64,000 nucleotides of DNA from Myxococcales bacterium. Its GTDB lineage: Bacteria > Desulfobacterota > Binatia > HRBIN30. The position numbers were made by a program, and so were the translations under genes. The notes beneath the pieces were generated by a model, which was not told where the DNA came from, did not search any database, and saw only the letters and a list, made by a program, of their open reading frames with translations. Of the stretch, positions 45,844 through 55,597 are shown one piece after another. How positions within the stretch are numbered: position 1 is the first letter of the stretch; every line of letters begins with the position of its first letter. Location of the stretch: contig JBBILD010000007.1 of NCBI GenBank assembly GCA_037445065.1, positions 128,001 to 192,000 of the forward strand, written 5' to 3'.

Positions 45844-46796
45844 CAGCTTTCCTCGAACAACTGTAACGCCATGCTTTCCAGCAAGAGGCTGCGGTTCGGA
45901 TAGCCGTCCCGCAATACTTGCCAAGTCTCGTACACGATGCGCGCCTGCCGCATCGCCGCCTGCCGCTGCCCGTTATCCTGCCCGCGCACCGCCCGGTCGC
46001 GCAAGTGGTTGAGCAGGAATTCGAGCTTCGCGGTGGTTTTTCCCTCGGGCTGCAGCAGCGAGTTGGCGAACTGCAACAGATCCCGGCAGCGGGCACGTGG
46101 GAGCTCGTCGAGAGTACGTGCCAAGGCTTGCCGCTCCTCCGCAGTCAGTAGCCCGGCTATGGACAGTGCTCGGCCCACGCTTCCTTCGCTGAGCGCGGCC
46201 GCCTCGGCCGCTTCCTCGTCGCCGAAACCGTGCTGCTCTATGAGGACGGCGCGCACCTGCTCCACCGTCAAAGGCGGCACTGGAACTCGCTGGCAGCGCG
46301 AGCGAATCGTCGGGAGCAAAGCGTCGGTCAGGCTCGCGGTCAGCCAGATCTGCGTGCGCGGAGGCGGTTCCTCGAGAGTTTTCAGCAGGGCATTTTGTGC
46401 AGCCACGGTGAGGCGTTCTGCGTCTTCGACCAGGACAATGCGTTCCGGAGCCTGGACGGGGGCGAATTGAACGAACTGGCGGATTTCTCTCGCGCGCTCG
46501 ATCCCGACCTCTTTCTTCGTCCCTGGGCCGACAACGAGCAAATCCGCAAACGTGCCGGCAGCAACTTGCCGGCAAGCGGAGCAGGCGCCGCACGCATCGA
46601 GGGCGTCTCCTCGCCCAGCAGAGCAGATTCTCCACGCCGCCAAGGCGCGCGCAAGAGAGCGCTTCCCCACACCCGAAGGGCCGGCAAAGAGCAATACCGG
46701 AGGTAAGCGGTCCTGGCGGCTCCGCTCGAGGAGCCGAGCCACGAGTTCGCTACGCCCGCGCAACTCAGAAAAGCGAATCAGGTTTCCTTGAGGCAT
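45843..46796 (-). CDS. holB: DNA polymerase III subunit delta'
   Basis: LLFAGPSGVGK, CGACSAC, AQNALLKTLEEPP, LLPTIRSRC. Confidence 0.93.
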   Translation of the reverse strand: MPQGNLIRFSELRGRSELVARLLERSRQDRLPPVLLFAGPSGVGKRSLARALAAWRICSAGRGDALDACGACSACRQVAAGTFADLLVVGPGTKKEVGIERAREIRQFVQFAPVQAPERIVLVEDAERLTVAAQNALLKTLEEPPPRTQIWLTASLTDALLPTIRSRCQRVPVPPLTVEQVRAVLIEQHGFGDEEAAEAAALSEGSVGRALSIAGLLTAEERQALARTLDELPRARCRDLLQFANSLLQPEGKTTAKLEFLLNHLRDRAVRGQDNGQRQAAMRQARIVYETWQVLRDGYPNRSLLLESMALQLFEES

Positions 46797-47404
46797 GACT
46801 CGATCGCCTGCAAGATCGCGGCTTGAACGGCTGGGGGCTCTTGTGTGCTGTCAATCACCGCGTAGGGTGTGGCGCTTTTTTGCACGAGTTGGAGGAAGCC
46901 AGCGCGAATGCGCTCGTGGAATGCCAGTGCCTCGCGGTGGAAACGATCGTCTCGTCCGGCGCGTTCGAGGCCGAGGGCTACGGGACAATCGAGCAGCAAG
47001 GTCAGGTCGGGCCAGACCCCACGCCGCGCCAAGGCGTCGGCCTGGCGCACGGCAGCCAGATCGAGGCCGCGCCCGAAGCCTTGGTAGGCAAGCGTCGAGA
47101 GGGAAAAGCGGTCCGACAGAACGAGCTTTCCGGCGGAAAGGGCGGGGAGAACCACCGCAGCCACGTGTTGCGCGCGATCGGCCAAGTACAAGAACAGCTC
47201 GGCCTCGGGGAGCGGCGGATCGGCGCGGGTATCCATGAGCAAGCGGCGGATTTCGAGACCTAAACCCGTGCCACCAGGTTCCCGCGTTTCCACCACATCG
47301 AAGCCGCGCGCTCGCAGGGCCGCCGCCGCAAGCCGGAGGTGGGTGGACTTGCCGGCGCCCTCGACTCCCTCGAACGCGATGAACCGGCCTCGCCTGCTAG
47401 CCAC
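46778..47404 (-). CDS. tmk: Thymidylate kinase
   Basis: FIAFEGVEGAGKST, TREPGG, ADRAQH, SDRF, YQGFGRG. Confidence 0.95.
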   Translation of the reverse strand: MASRRGRFIAFEGVEGAGKSTHLRLAAAALRARGFDVVETREPGGTGLGLEIRRLLMDTRADPPLPEAELFLYLADRAQHVAAVVLPALSAGKLVLSDRFSLSTLAYQGFGRGLDLAAVRQADALARRGVWPDLTLLLDCPVALGLERAGRDDRFHREALAFHERIRAGFLQLVQKSATPYAVIDSTQEPPAVQAAILQAIESCLKET

Positions 47405-47780
47405 GCCCGCTCTCGCGGCCGAGCACAAGCTCGATTCCGTAAATGAGTTGGTGCCCTGTGAAGGGCTTGGTGATGTAGTAATCAGCGCCGTACTGGTAAC
47501 CCTGGACCACGTCTTCGTCGGCTGTCTTCGCGGTCACGAGGATCACGGGAAGCAGGGCCGTCTCCGGATTTTCCTTGATTTTCTGCAGCACCTCGAGGCC
47601 GCTCATCTCGGGCATCATGACGTCCAGCAACACGATGTCCGGCCGCCGCGCACGGATCAATTCGAGAGCTTGCGGTCCGCTACTGGCCTCTTCGACCTCG
47701 TAGCCCCGTGGCTCGAGCAGCCCGCGAACGATCACCAGGCTGTCTGGATTGTCGTCTACCACTAGAACCCGCGTGCCCAT
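47397..47780 (-). CDS. Single-domain response regulator
   Basis: VLVVDD, IVLLDVMMP, VILVTA, GADYYITKPF. No output domain. Confidence 0.92.
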   Translation of the reverse strand: MGTRVLVVDDNPDSLVIVRGLLEPRGYEVEEASSGPQALELIRARRPDIVLLDVMMPEMSGLEVLQKIKENPETALLPVILVTAKTADEDVVQGYQYGADYYITKPFTGHQLIYGIELVLGRESGRG

Positions 47781-47915
47781 CGACCCCGATCCTGGTGGTT
47801 GTGAAGACCACCGCGTCTGTACGCAGACTTTGATTGGAAGCACTGCCGCGTATCCAGTTGCACGGGTTCGTTCTATATCCCGGCTCCCGCTCCTTTGCAA
47901 AGCAAGACTTGTGCT

Positions 47916-48389
47916 TCATGAATCGAACTCCTCGTTCCAGCGTACGCTTACTTCGCCGCTCTCCGTCCAGTGCACGATGGCTTCGACGGCTCGCGTTCCC
48001 CCGCCCCATCCGACACCGCGCGACCGAACGCGCACCGCAGTGGCGTCCACTGGGCTCACCGTTACCTCGTAGCCTTCGCCTGCAGGGCCAAAGGGAATGA
48101 ATTGCCCCGGCACGCCGAACACCCCGCCGTCATCGAAAGTTCCTTGCGCACCGTCGGGCCCACGCAGGGCCTCCTCTGCGGAGCGTTTTTGCGCCACCCA
48201 CGCCAAGGCACGGTCGAGCCCTGCCTCGGCCACATAAAAGGCAGTGGTGGCGCGGCGAGCGTTTTGCGCCTGTAGGAGTTCGATCCAAGCCGCAGTGGCG
48301 ATCCAAAGCGTGGCCGGAAGGAGGAGGCTCACCCAGCCGAGTACCAGTACGAGCGCCGCTCCCTCTGGATCACTCCACCTGCGGCTCAT
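47916..48389 (-). CDS. PilX-like minor pilin
   Basis: EG-AALVLVL class III-like N-terminus without Glu5. AFYVAEAGL motif. Last gene of the minor pilin cluster. Confidence 0.75.
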   Translation of the reverse strand: MSRRWSDPEGAALVLVLGWVSLLLPATLWIATAAWIELLQAQNARRATTAFYVAEAGLDRALAWVAQKRSAEEALRGPDGAQGTFDDGGVFGVPGQFIPFGPAGEGYEVTVSPVDATAVRVRSRGVGWGGGTRAVEAIVHWTESGEVSVRWNEEFDS

Positions 48390-48946
48390 GGCAGCGCTGG
48401 GTTTCGGCGCGCGCTAGTGACGCGCACCCACTCGCGCACGAGGCCCGACCCAGGGCCGCCTTGCCGCTCGGCACAAAGGCGCAGGACAATGGCGCTGGCT
48501 TGCCGCCGCGCCTGCAGATCCCACAGTGGTTGGCCACTGGAGTCGAAGTATCGCAGTTCGAACCCGCCTTCGCTGACATCGGAGAGCCAGGGTTGCGGGC
48601 TTGCCCCGAGCGTGGCGCGGAAGACGGTACGGCGGTCTGCATCCCAAGCGTATGCGACCCGCTCGTGCGCATCGCTGCGGTCGCCATCGCCATTGAGATC
48701 GGCCTCGAAGGTGATCTCCGACGCTCCCGCGATCGGCACGCCGGAAAAGGTTGTCCCGGTGGGGGAAAACCCCGCGATTCGCCACTCCCGTTCGAACATT
48801 TCGCTGGTCACGAGCAGGGCTTGGCGGAGGTCTCGGAGGGCCTGTTGCCGCGCGATGTGCCGCAGTGCGGAGTGGCCGAAAGACGCAGCGTCGGCAGCAA
48901 GCAAGGCAGCCACGGCAAGGGTGGCCATAATCTCGGTGAGACTCAC
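48386..48946 (-). CDS. PilW-like minor pilin (no leader peptide)
   Basis: (M)SLTEIMATLAVAALL, REWRIAGF, ADLNGDGD, FELRYFDSSG. Position in the fimT-pilV-pilW-pilX order. Confidence 0.7.
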   Translation of the reverse strand: MSLTEIMATLAVAALLAADAASFGHSALRHIARQQALRDLRQALLVTSEMFEREWRIAGFSPTGTTFSGVPIAGASEITFEADLNGDGDRSDAHERVAYAWDADRRTVFRATLGASPQPWLSDVSEGGFELRYFDSSGQPLWDLQARRQASAIVLRLCAERQGGPGSGLVREWVRVTSARRNPALP

Positions 48947-49320
48947 GGTGCGCCCCTCCGCCAGACGGTGGTACGCAGCTGCAGAGGTTCTCCCTCCCAG
49001 TTGTCACCGTCCACCTCCACGGTTGCCTCGAACAGTTGGTCAGATTCTGGCGAGCGCTGCCAGCTCCAGCGGGCCTCGAGCGATGCGGAGGGCTGGGCGA
49101 GGGCATCCGACCCGGTGGCGCGCAACGACTCGATCGTATCGCTTGCTAGGCGGAGGGCTTGCTGGATCTGCAGAGAGCGGAGGGAGTGGCGATACGCTTG
49201 AGCAATCGTGCTCGCGGTGAGTGCGGCAGCGATGCCGAAGACTGTCATGGCAAGCAGAACCTCGATCAAGGAGGAGCCACGGGAAGTGCGGTGCATGGCA
49301 GAGTGATCGGCAAGGTTCAT
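48943..49320 (-). CDS. PilV-like minor pilin
   Basis: RG-SSLIEVLLAMTVFGIAA prepilin-type N-terminus. ATGA overlaps. Confidence 0.75.
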   Translation of the reverse strand: MNLADHSAMHRTSRGSSLIEVLLAMTVFGIAAALTASTIAQAYRHSLRSLQIQQALRLASDTIESLRATGSDALAQPSASLEARWSWQRSPESDQLFEATVEVDGDNWEGEPLQLRTTVWRRGAP

Positions 49321-49760
49321 TGCACGCGCACCCTGCCAGCGATGTCGAGGATGACGGAGCGTTCGCTTCCAGCGGCGTTGCGTAAACGCAATGTCCCGAA
49401 GGTTGCTGCGTTTCCCCGCGGGCGGAACGTAAACGAGCTCGCCGTCGCATTGCAGGCGACGATGTGGACGCCTCGGGGTAGCCGCCGGGGAGAGTGGGTG
49501 TCTACGTACGTTGTGCCGTTGCGGGCTTGCAGCCGGTAGGCCGCCTCCCCTTCCGGCAGCAGCAGGCGATGGCTGCGATTGGTGGCCGCGGCGCGCAAGC
49601 GCACCAACGCCAGATCCGCCATCACCTGCTGTGCCGCGGCTTGCAAGGCCAGCTCCTGCTCCCACCTGCGCCAGTGAAACGCAGCGCTGCCCGCAAGCCA
49701 GGCCGCGAGAGCTATGCCGACCAGAACTTCGAGGAGGGCTCTGCCTGCAACGCTTCGCAT
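49317..49760 (-). CDS. FimT/GspH-like minor pilin
   Basis: AG-RALLEVLVGIAL, LALVRLRA, FTFRPRG, C-terminal ILDIAGRVRV. Confidence 0.78.
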   Translation of the reverse strand: MRSVAGRALLEVLVGIALAAWLAGSAAFHWRRWEQELALQAAAQQVMADLALVRLRAAATNRSHRLLLPEGEAAYRLQARNGTTYVDTHSPRRLPRGVHIVACNATASSFTFRPRGNAATFGTLRLRNAAGSERSVILDIAGRVRVQ

Positions 49761-49880
49761 GCCACCGGCCACCAAACGATTTTCGTGCCAGACCCAGATC
49801 GGTGCGAAAAAGCCAGCACGCGTTCGGTCGAAGACCTTTGCTGTTCTCAGGGTGAGAGTGCGAGCTGGCTCAGAGTGAGT

Positions 49881-50657
49881 TCACCACCCGGCGAATTCGC
49901 CGGATGCGAGACGTAGGTACCAAGCGATCCAGGCGTCACCGAAGTACAGGGCCGCCAGCGCGCCGAGGGCAAGGAAGGGCCCGAACGGGATCGGGGTTTC
50001 ATGACTCGAAGGATCTAAGAGGAGCCGAATGCCGCCGACCAGCGAACCGCTCAGCGAGCCGACAAGCAAGGTGAGAAGCACCGCCTTCCAGCCGAGGAAG
50101 GCGCCGATCATGGCGAGCAGCTTGATGTCGCCCCCGCCCATCCCCTCGCGCCCGCGGACGCGAGCGTAGAATTCTGCGACCGCCCACAGAATCCCGCCGC
50201 CGAGCAAGGTCCCGACAACCCGCTCGGCAAGGGACGGGCCCCATCCCGGCAGGGCGAGAAGGAGACCGAGCATGATACCTGGCAGGCTGATTCGGTCCGG
50301 AATGATCTGGTGCTCGAGGTCAATGAAGCTCACGGTTACCAACGCCGCGCACAGGAGCGAGGAGACCGCAGCCCAGGGGGTGAGCCCAAAGAACCACACG
50401 TTTACCGCAAACAGCCCGCCAGTGAGAGCCTCGACCAGCGGGTACTGCCAGGAGATGCGCTGCCCGCAACTGCGGCAACGCCCGCCCAGCCAGAGGAAGC
50501 TCAGAATCGGCACATTGTCCCACGGGCGGATGCGCGCTTGGCAGTGCGGGCAGCGTGAGGGCGGGTAGACGATGGACTCCCCGCGCGGCAAGCGTGCGAT
50601 GCAAACGTTGAGGAAGCTGCCGACAATCGTTCCCAAAAGAAATGCCGCTACCACCAC
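49881..50657 (-). CDS. pilD: Prepilin peptidase/N-methyltransferase
   Basis: GSFLNVCIARLP, CPHC...CRSC, IDLEHQIIPD, GMGGGDIKL, IPFGPFL. Confidence 0.95.
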   Translation of the reverse strand: MVVAAFLLGTIVGSFLNVCIARLPRGESIVYPPSRCPHCQARIRPWDNVPILSFLWLGGRCRSCGQRISWQYPLVEALTGGLFAVNVWFFGLTPWAAVSSLLCAALVTVSFIDLEHQIIPDRISLPGIMLGLLLALPGWGPSLAERVVGTLLGGGILWAVAEFYARVRGREGMGGGDIKLLAMIGAFLGWKAVLLTLLVGSLSGSLVGGIRLLLDPSSHETPIPFGPFLALGALAALYFGDAWIAWYLRLASGEFAGW

Positions 50658-50663
50658 GGGTCC

Positions 50664-52097
50664 TTACCTTTCCGCGCCGGCCTCTTGCATGGCTGCGCGT
50701 GCGTGGAAGGCGGCTTGTTCTGCATTGCCTTCCTGCTCGTACAACTGCGCCAGCAGTTGGTGCGCGCGCGTGAACTGGGGGTCCTGTTGAAGAGCCGCGT
50801 GTGCAGCCCGCCGAGCGGCCGCTCGGTTGCCCTGCTCGCGGTAGGCGACGGCTAGCAGGTAGTGCGCAGGCGCTGCCCAAGGATGGCGCTCCACTGCCCA
50901 CTGCCGCGCGGCTACGTCGTCGCGAAACACGGGCAGGTAGGCCGCACTGAGCAAGGCAGCGAGCGCAGCCACCACTGCCCCGGCCCACCCGGGGGAAGGG
51001 TTCCAGCCGGACAAGCGAACCTGGCGCTCGATGTCCTGCACAGCGCGCGCCGCGAACCAAGCAAAGCCCACCATGGGCACGTACAAGTACCGGTCCGCGC
51101 GCACCACCGCGAGTGGAATGACGTTGCTCACTGGAAGCAACGCTAGCGCCGTCCAACCGAGCCAAAAGCTGAGGTTGGGCCAGGCACGTCCGCGGCGCCA
51201 GAGCCAGAGCAGCAGCGCCAGTGCAGCGAAAACCGCGACAACGCTGCGGAGGGAGTGCACGGAGGCCCGACGGTAGTAGTACGCCGGAGCGAGGTCGAGG
51301 GGCAGGAAGAAACTCATGATGTAATCCCACCACACTCGTCCCATGAGCAAGAGCGTGGTGGCGGCGTCGCCGTGCGCTGGCTTTACGACTTCTCCCCACT
51401 TGGCATAGAGGCTCACTGCTGCAGTGAGCCCCGCCAGTAAGAAGAACGGGAGCTTGTCGCGGTAGCGAACCGGGTGCGGAGAGAACCAGCGCTCATACCA
51501 CAGGAGCATGAGGGGAAACGGAGTCACGCTGGATTTGCTCAGGCACGCTGCTGCGTATGCGAGCAACGAGCTGACGTAGGCGCGCCGGTTCGTTGCGGTG
51601 CGCAAGTAGCGGTCGTAGGCCAGCAAAGCGAGGAGCAAAAACAGTGTGGAAAGCAAGGTTTTCCGCTGCGCGACGATGGCCACCGCCTCCACTTGGAGAG
51701 GATGGAGAGCGAAAAGAAGCCCGGCGATGGTCCCCACTCGTCGGTCGCCAGCCACACGAGTGACCCAAGCTTGCACGAGCCAGGCCACGATGACGTGCAA
51801 CAGCACGTTGGTCAGGTGGTAGCCTCCCGCCCAGGTCCCCCAGAACTGGTAGTCGAGGAGGTAGGACACCATCGGCAGGGGCAGGTAGTCGTACAAGGTG
51901 AACGTGGAGAAGCACAGCCACAACCGCTCCCACGAGAACGGGCCGATGGCTGGGTTCTCTGAAACGAACCCGGGATCATCGAAGGCGACTTGTAAAAACG
52001 GGTAGCCGGTGGTGGGAAGGTACACCGCCAGCGTCAGGAACCCGATCCACAAACAGCCGGTGGCCGGGCGGTCGAGGGTTGCGAGCAGACGGATCAC
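50664..52097 (-). CDS. TMTC-like membrane glycosyltransferase with C-terminal TPRs
   Basis: GTG start overlapping the upstream stop. AFDD luminal motif, YHLTNVLLH, LFALHPLQVEAV, ADRYLYVP. Multiple TM helices followed by TPR-like helices. Confidence 0.78.
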   Translation of the reverse strand: MIRLLATLDRPATGCLWIGFLTLAVYLPTTGYPFLQVAFDDPGFVSENPAIGPFSWERLWLCFSTFTLYDYLPLPMVSYLLDYQFWGTWAGGYHLTNVLLHVIVAWLVQAWVTRVAGDRRVGTIAGLLFALHPLQVEAVAIVAQRKTLLSTLFLLLALLAYDRYLRTATNRRAYVSSLLAYAAACLSKSSVTPFPLMLLWYERWFSPHPVRYRDKLPFFLLAGLTAAVSLYAKWGEVVKPAHGDAATTLLLMGRVWWDYIMSFFLPLDLAPAYYYRRASVHSLRSVVAVFAALALLLWLWRRGRAWPNLSFWLGWTALALLPVSNVIPLAVVRADRYLYVPMVGFAWFAARAVQDIERQVRLSGWNPSPGWAGAVVAALAALLSAAYLPVFRDDVAARQWAVERHPWAAPAHYLLAVAYREQGNRAAARRAAHAALQQDPQFTRAHQLLAQLYEQEGNAEQAAFHARAAMQEAGAER

Positions 52098-52864
52098 GTG
52101 AACTCGCGCCGGCGAAAGATGGCCCAGCTCAGGAACAGGAGGAGGCCGATATAACTGAGGGTGTACACTGCACACCACGCGTAGAACGACCACGGGATGA
52201 GCTGGCCCGCCACCACCCGGTCCGCGATGTAGAGTGCATCGAGCCGCGGCACGATGCGATGCAACACGGCGGCCAGTACCTGCAGCACGGTGGGAAACTC
52301 TTCGCTTTGAAAGTGGGTCAGCCATGCGCTCGAGCGCCCAGCGATAAAAACGCCGGTAGTAAACAGTCCCGCCAGCACGGGTGTGACCACAACCGCACTG
52401 AACAGCACTGCCACTGCTGCCAACAGCGCGGTCTCCAGCAGCATGCACCCCATGGCCGGAACGAGACCCACGTCCACGCGCCGCTCCAGCAAAGCAATGA
52501 TGGCAAGCGTTACCGCACCCATGGAGGCTAACAGCATGGTCAGGGTGAGCAGTAGGCCCAGGTACTTGCCGAGCAGAAACTCGCCCCGTCCGACCGGCTT
52601 GGCGAGCACGTTGTAGATGGTCCGGCGGTGCACTTCATTGTAAACCATGGTCACGCCCAGGACCACTGTGGCTGTGATGCCGAACAAGGAGAGCCCGAAG
52701 AGCGCGAAGTCCTTGACGAACTTGATGGTATCGCCGAGCGATACCGAACCAAAAGCGGCGGCAATGCCGATCAGGAGCACGGAAAACAACATCACGCTGT
52801 AAAGAATCTTGTTGCGGATCGACTCGCGACTCGTGTTCACGGCAATGGCCCAGATCCGCCTCAT
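52094..52864 (-). CDS. ABC transporter permease (Myxococcus PilI-like)
   Basis: IAVNTSRESIRNKILY, EVHRRTIYNVLAKPVGRGEFLLGKYLG, C-terminal FRRREF. About 6 TM. Confidence 0.85.
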   Translation of the reverse strand: MRRIWAIAVNTSRESIRNKILYSVMLFSVLLIGIAAAFGSVSLGDTIKFVKDFALFGLSLFGITATVVLGVTMVYNEVHRRTIYNVLAKPVGRGEFLLGKYLGLLLTLTMLLASMGAVTLAIIALLERRVDVGLVPAMGCMLLETALLAAVAVLFSAVVVTPVLAGLFTTGVFIAGRSSAWLTHFQSEEFPTVLQVLAAVLHRIVPRLDALYIADRVVAGQLIPWSFYAWCAVYTLSYIGLLLFLSWAIFRRREFT

Positions 52865-54666
52865 GGTTGCACTCCTCCATGCGGCCCGGGTTCCGGTTCA
52901 GCCTGCGCTGCTGCGTGCAGTGCAGGATCGCCGGGGTCTAGCGCAGAAGCGATGCGGAAAGCGGCCCGTGCCTTTTCTTTCTCACCGAGTTGTTCCCAGG
53001 CAAGGGCGATTCCTTTCCAAAGGTTTGGCTCCGCGGGTGCGATACGCAGGCCTGCCCGGCACGCTTGCTCCGCTTCTCGCCAGCGGGCAAGACCAATCAG
53101 CAAGCGGCAGCGGTTTTGGTGTGCGCCGCGATGTCGCGGCTCGATGTCGAGCGCGCGCTCGTACCAGGCGAGCGCCTGCTCGAAGGCGCCGAGGTGCTCG
53201 TAGGCCGTGCCTAGGCCGAAGGCAGTACCTTCTTCTCTTGGGTACAGTGTCCAAGAGCGAAGGTACGCTTGGCGGGCTAGCTCATGTTGCCCTGCCCGTT
53301 GCAGCTCCACAGCGTGGTTTTTGTGAGCCTTGGAGCTAAACGGAGCGTCGCGTGCCGTGGCGGCAAAGAGAGCCGCTTGGGTTTGCCAGTCGAAGTTGCG
53401 CTGCCAGGTGCGTACGGCGTAGGCGAGCAGCAGCGCCGTGCTGAACAGAGCGGCGTAAGTACGTGCTCGCGTGCGGAACAAATGCTCGACAGCCAGAGCG
53501 AGAAGCCAGCACAAGCCAATGGAAGGCAAGTACAACAGCCGTTCCGCGCGAACTGTGCCAATGGGAAAGAGCAAGTTCCCGGTGAGGGCGAGGCCCAAGA
53601 GGGGGAAAAGGGCGGCAAAACCAACAGCACCCGGCCGCCTCCAGAAGGTGAACAGGGAGGCGGCAACCAAGGCAATGCCGAGCCACAACCGCCCCTCGAG
53701 GAGCGTTTGCACCGGCGGCACTTGCGGGTAGGAATAGTCCGCGCTCAGCACGAGCGGGACGGCGAACTGGGAAGCATACTCGGCGAGGATGGCGAGTGCA
53801 GTCGCCACACGTTCTGTCCACGGCACGTGCGCCAGCACGTTGTCGGCGAAATCTACGCCGAGCCCAGGAGCCAGCGGCCCGACCACCAGAAAGCGCAGGT
53901 ACAAGTACGCGGCGATACAAGCGAGCCAAGCGAGCCAGTCCAAACGGCGCGCCTCGGCCCACAGTGCTTGCCGCCACGTGCCGCAATGGAAGGATGCGCG
54001 GTAAAGCAGCATCAAGGGCAGCCACAGGACGGAGTTTTCCTTCGCAAACAGGGCCAGGAAAAAAGCGCCGACGGAAACCGCCAACCACAGCCGCCGGCGG
54101 CGCGTGGCACGGGCCGCCTCGCTAGCGGCGAGTGTGGCCGTCAGCCCGAGTAGAGCCGCCAGCAGCTCGTGGCGGCCGACCACACCGGTTACGGCCTCGG
54201 TATGGATCGGGTGCACCGCAAACAGCGCACCAGCCAGGAAGGCAACGCGCGCGCTGCGAAACAGTTGCTGAGCGCTGTACGCGACCAACAAACTGACAAG
54301 GACGTGTAGACCGACGTTGACCAAGTGGAACCACCAGGCAGTGTGCCCGAATAGCCAAGCGTCCAACGCGAAGGTGGCAATGGTGAGTGGCCGGTAAAGG
54401 TCCCCGGGAAACAAGGGAGCCGCCAGCACGGCGAGCCAATCGAGCGGGCCACGCAACGCGGGATGCGCCCAGATTTGCACCCAGTCGTCGAAGACGAACT
54501 CGGCGCCGATCGCGTTCGCGTAGGGAAGGAAGGCAAGAAGGGCGACGGCACAGGCAGGGAAGGCGCAGCTGCGTACGAACCCGAGTACCGCGGTTTGCAA
54601 AGCCACTGCGACAGCCGCGGGTAAAAACCACGGCCGCGCACCAGCAGCGGCAGAAGGATCAGTCAT
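52861..54666 (-). CDS. TMTC-like (DUF1736) membrane glycosyltransferase with C-terminal TPRs
   Basis: FVFDD, YRPLT, FHLVNVGLH, LFAVHPIHTEAVTGVVGRHELL, AKE, LSADYS, AERLLYLPSIG, RNFDW, then about 4 TPRs. Confidence 0.85.
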   Translation of the reverse strand: MTDPSAAAGARPWFLPAAVAVALQTAVLGFVRSCAFPACAVALLAFLPYANAIGAEFVFDDWVQIWAHPALRGPLDWLAVLAAPLFPGDLYRPLTIATFALDAWLFGHTAWWFHLVNVGLHVLVSLLVAYSAQQLFRSARVAFLAGALFAVHPIHTEAVTGVVGRHELLAALLGLTATLAASEAARATRRRRLWLAVSVGAFFLALFAKENSVLWLPLMLLYRASFHCGTWRQALWAEARRLDWLAWLACIAAYLYLRFLVVGPLAPGLGVDFADNVLAHVPWTERVATALAILAEYASQFAVPLVLSADYSYPQVPPVQTLLEGRLWLGIALVAASLFTFWRRPGAVGFAALFPLLGLALTGNLLFPIGTVRAERLLYLPSIGLCWLLALAVEHLFRTRARTYAALFSTALLLAYAVRTWQRNFDWQTQAALFAATARDAPFSSKAHKNHAVELQRAGQHELARQAYLRSWTLYPREEGTAFGLGTAYEHLGAFEQALAWYERALDIEPRHRGAHQNRCRLLIGLARWREAEQACRAGLRIAPAEPNLWKGIALAWEQLGEKEKARAAFRIASALDPGDPALHAAAQAEPEPGPHGGVQP

Positions 54667-55597
54667 GGCTGGCTCCGGCCGGAACGTACCGCAAGAAACG
54701 TTCTTCGAGCGAGCGTCGTGCGGGAAGCACGCTTTCTAGAACGGCCGTGCTTTGGGTGACGGCGTTGAGGAGGTGGCGCAAGGCGTCTGTGTTGCGTAGC
54801 GTAATCTGGGCGGCGGCCCGACTCCCGCTCAGCTCGACCCCGTTGTCCGACTTCAATCGCTCCCACAACTCTGGTGGTAGGTCGCGAACGGCAACCACGT
54901 AGCCCAGGGAGTCGCCCGCGTTGCATTGCAGATCCACCACTTCGCGCAAACGTCCTTGCGCCAGAATTCCCACCCGCTGGCACAGCATCTCCGTGTCGCT
55001 CAGGACGTGTGAAGAAAACAGCACGGCTGCTCCCTCTTGGGCGAGCGCGCCGATCAATTCTCGCATCGAGCGGCGGCCCACCGGATCGAGTCCGGACATC
55101 GGTTCGTCGAGAATGGCCAGACGCGGTCGGTGCAAGATCGCTTGCGCGACTGCGACGCGCTGCAAATTGCCCTTGGAGAGGGTGCGCATGCGTGCATCGA
55201 GCTTGTGTGCGAAGGAAAAGCGCTCTGCGAGTTCTTCGATGCGCCGCTTCCGCTCGGGTGCTGGAACCCCGTAAAGCTGGGCGTAGAACTGCAAGGTCTC
55301 GCGTACGGTGAGGTAGTCGTAAAAGTACGGCTGCTCCGGTGCAAAGCCGACGAGGTGACGCGGATCCTCGCCACTGGAAGTGGCGGCGTGCCAGACGATA
55401 CGGCCCGCGCTCGGGCGCAGCAAGCCCACTAACATTTTGAAGGTCGTCGTTTTGCCGGCGCCGTTGTGGCCAATGAGTCCGAACACCTCGCCCGGGCGCA
55501 CTGCGAAAGAAACCTCTTCCACGGCCGTGACCCGACGGTAGGTCCACGGGTGGCGGAAACACTTACTGACCCCAAGGAGTTCGAGAATCGGTTTCAT
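54659..55597 (-). CDS. ABC transporter ATP-binding protein (Myxococcus PilH-like)
   Basis: GHNGAGKTT, LSKGNLQR, ILDEPMSGLDP, SSH. Confidence 0.92.
   Translation of the reverse strand: MKPILELLGVSKCFRHPWTYRRVTAVEEVSFAVRPGEVFGLIGHNGAGKTTTFKMLVGLLRPSAGRIVWHAATSSGEDPRHLVGFAPEQPYFYDYLTVRETLQFYAQLYGVPAPERKRRIEELAERFSFAHKLDARMRTLSKGNLQRVAVAQAILHRPRLAILDEPMSGLDPVGRRSMRELIGALAQEGAAVLFSSHVLSDTEMLCQRVGILAQGRLREVVDLQCNAGDSLGYVVAVRDLPPELWERLKSDNGVELSGSRAAAQITLRNTDALRHLLNAVTQSTAVLESVLPARRSLEERFLRYVPAGASHD

Noticed and set aside
43421..47404. tmk-holB-ricT-metG cluster as novel
   Set aside because: Widely conserved housekeeping arrangement in Firmicutes and deltaproteobacteria-like lineages.
49776..49790. 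TGGCACGAAAATCGT upstream of the fimT-like gene as a sigma54 promoter
   Set aside because: The -24 box is perfect but -12 reads GT instead of GC, and the implied start would be only about 4 nt from the ATG. Not supportable without data.
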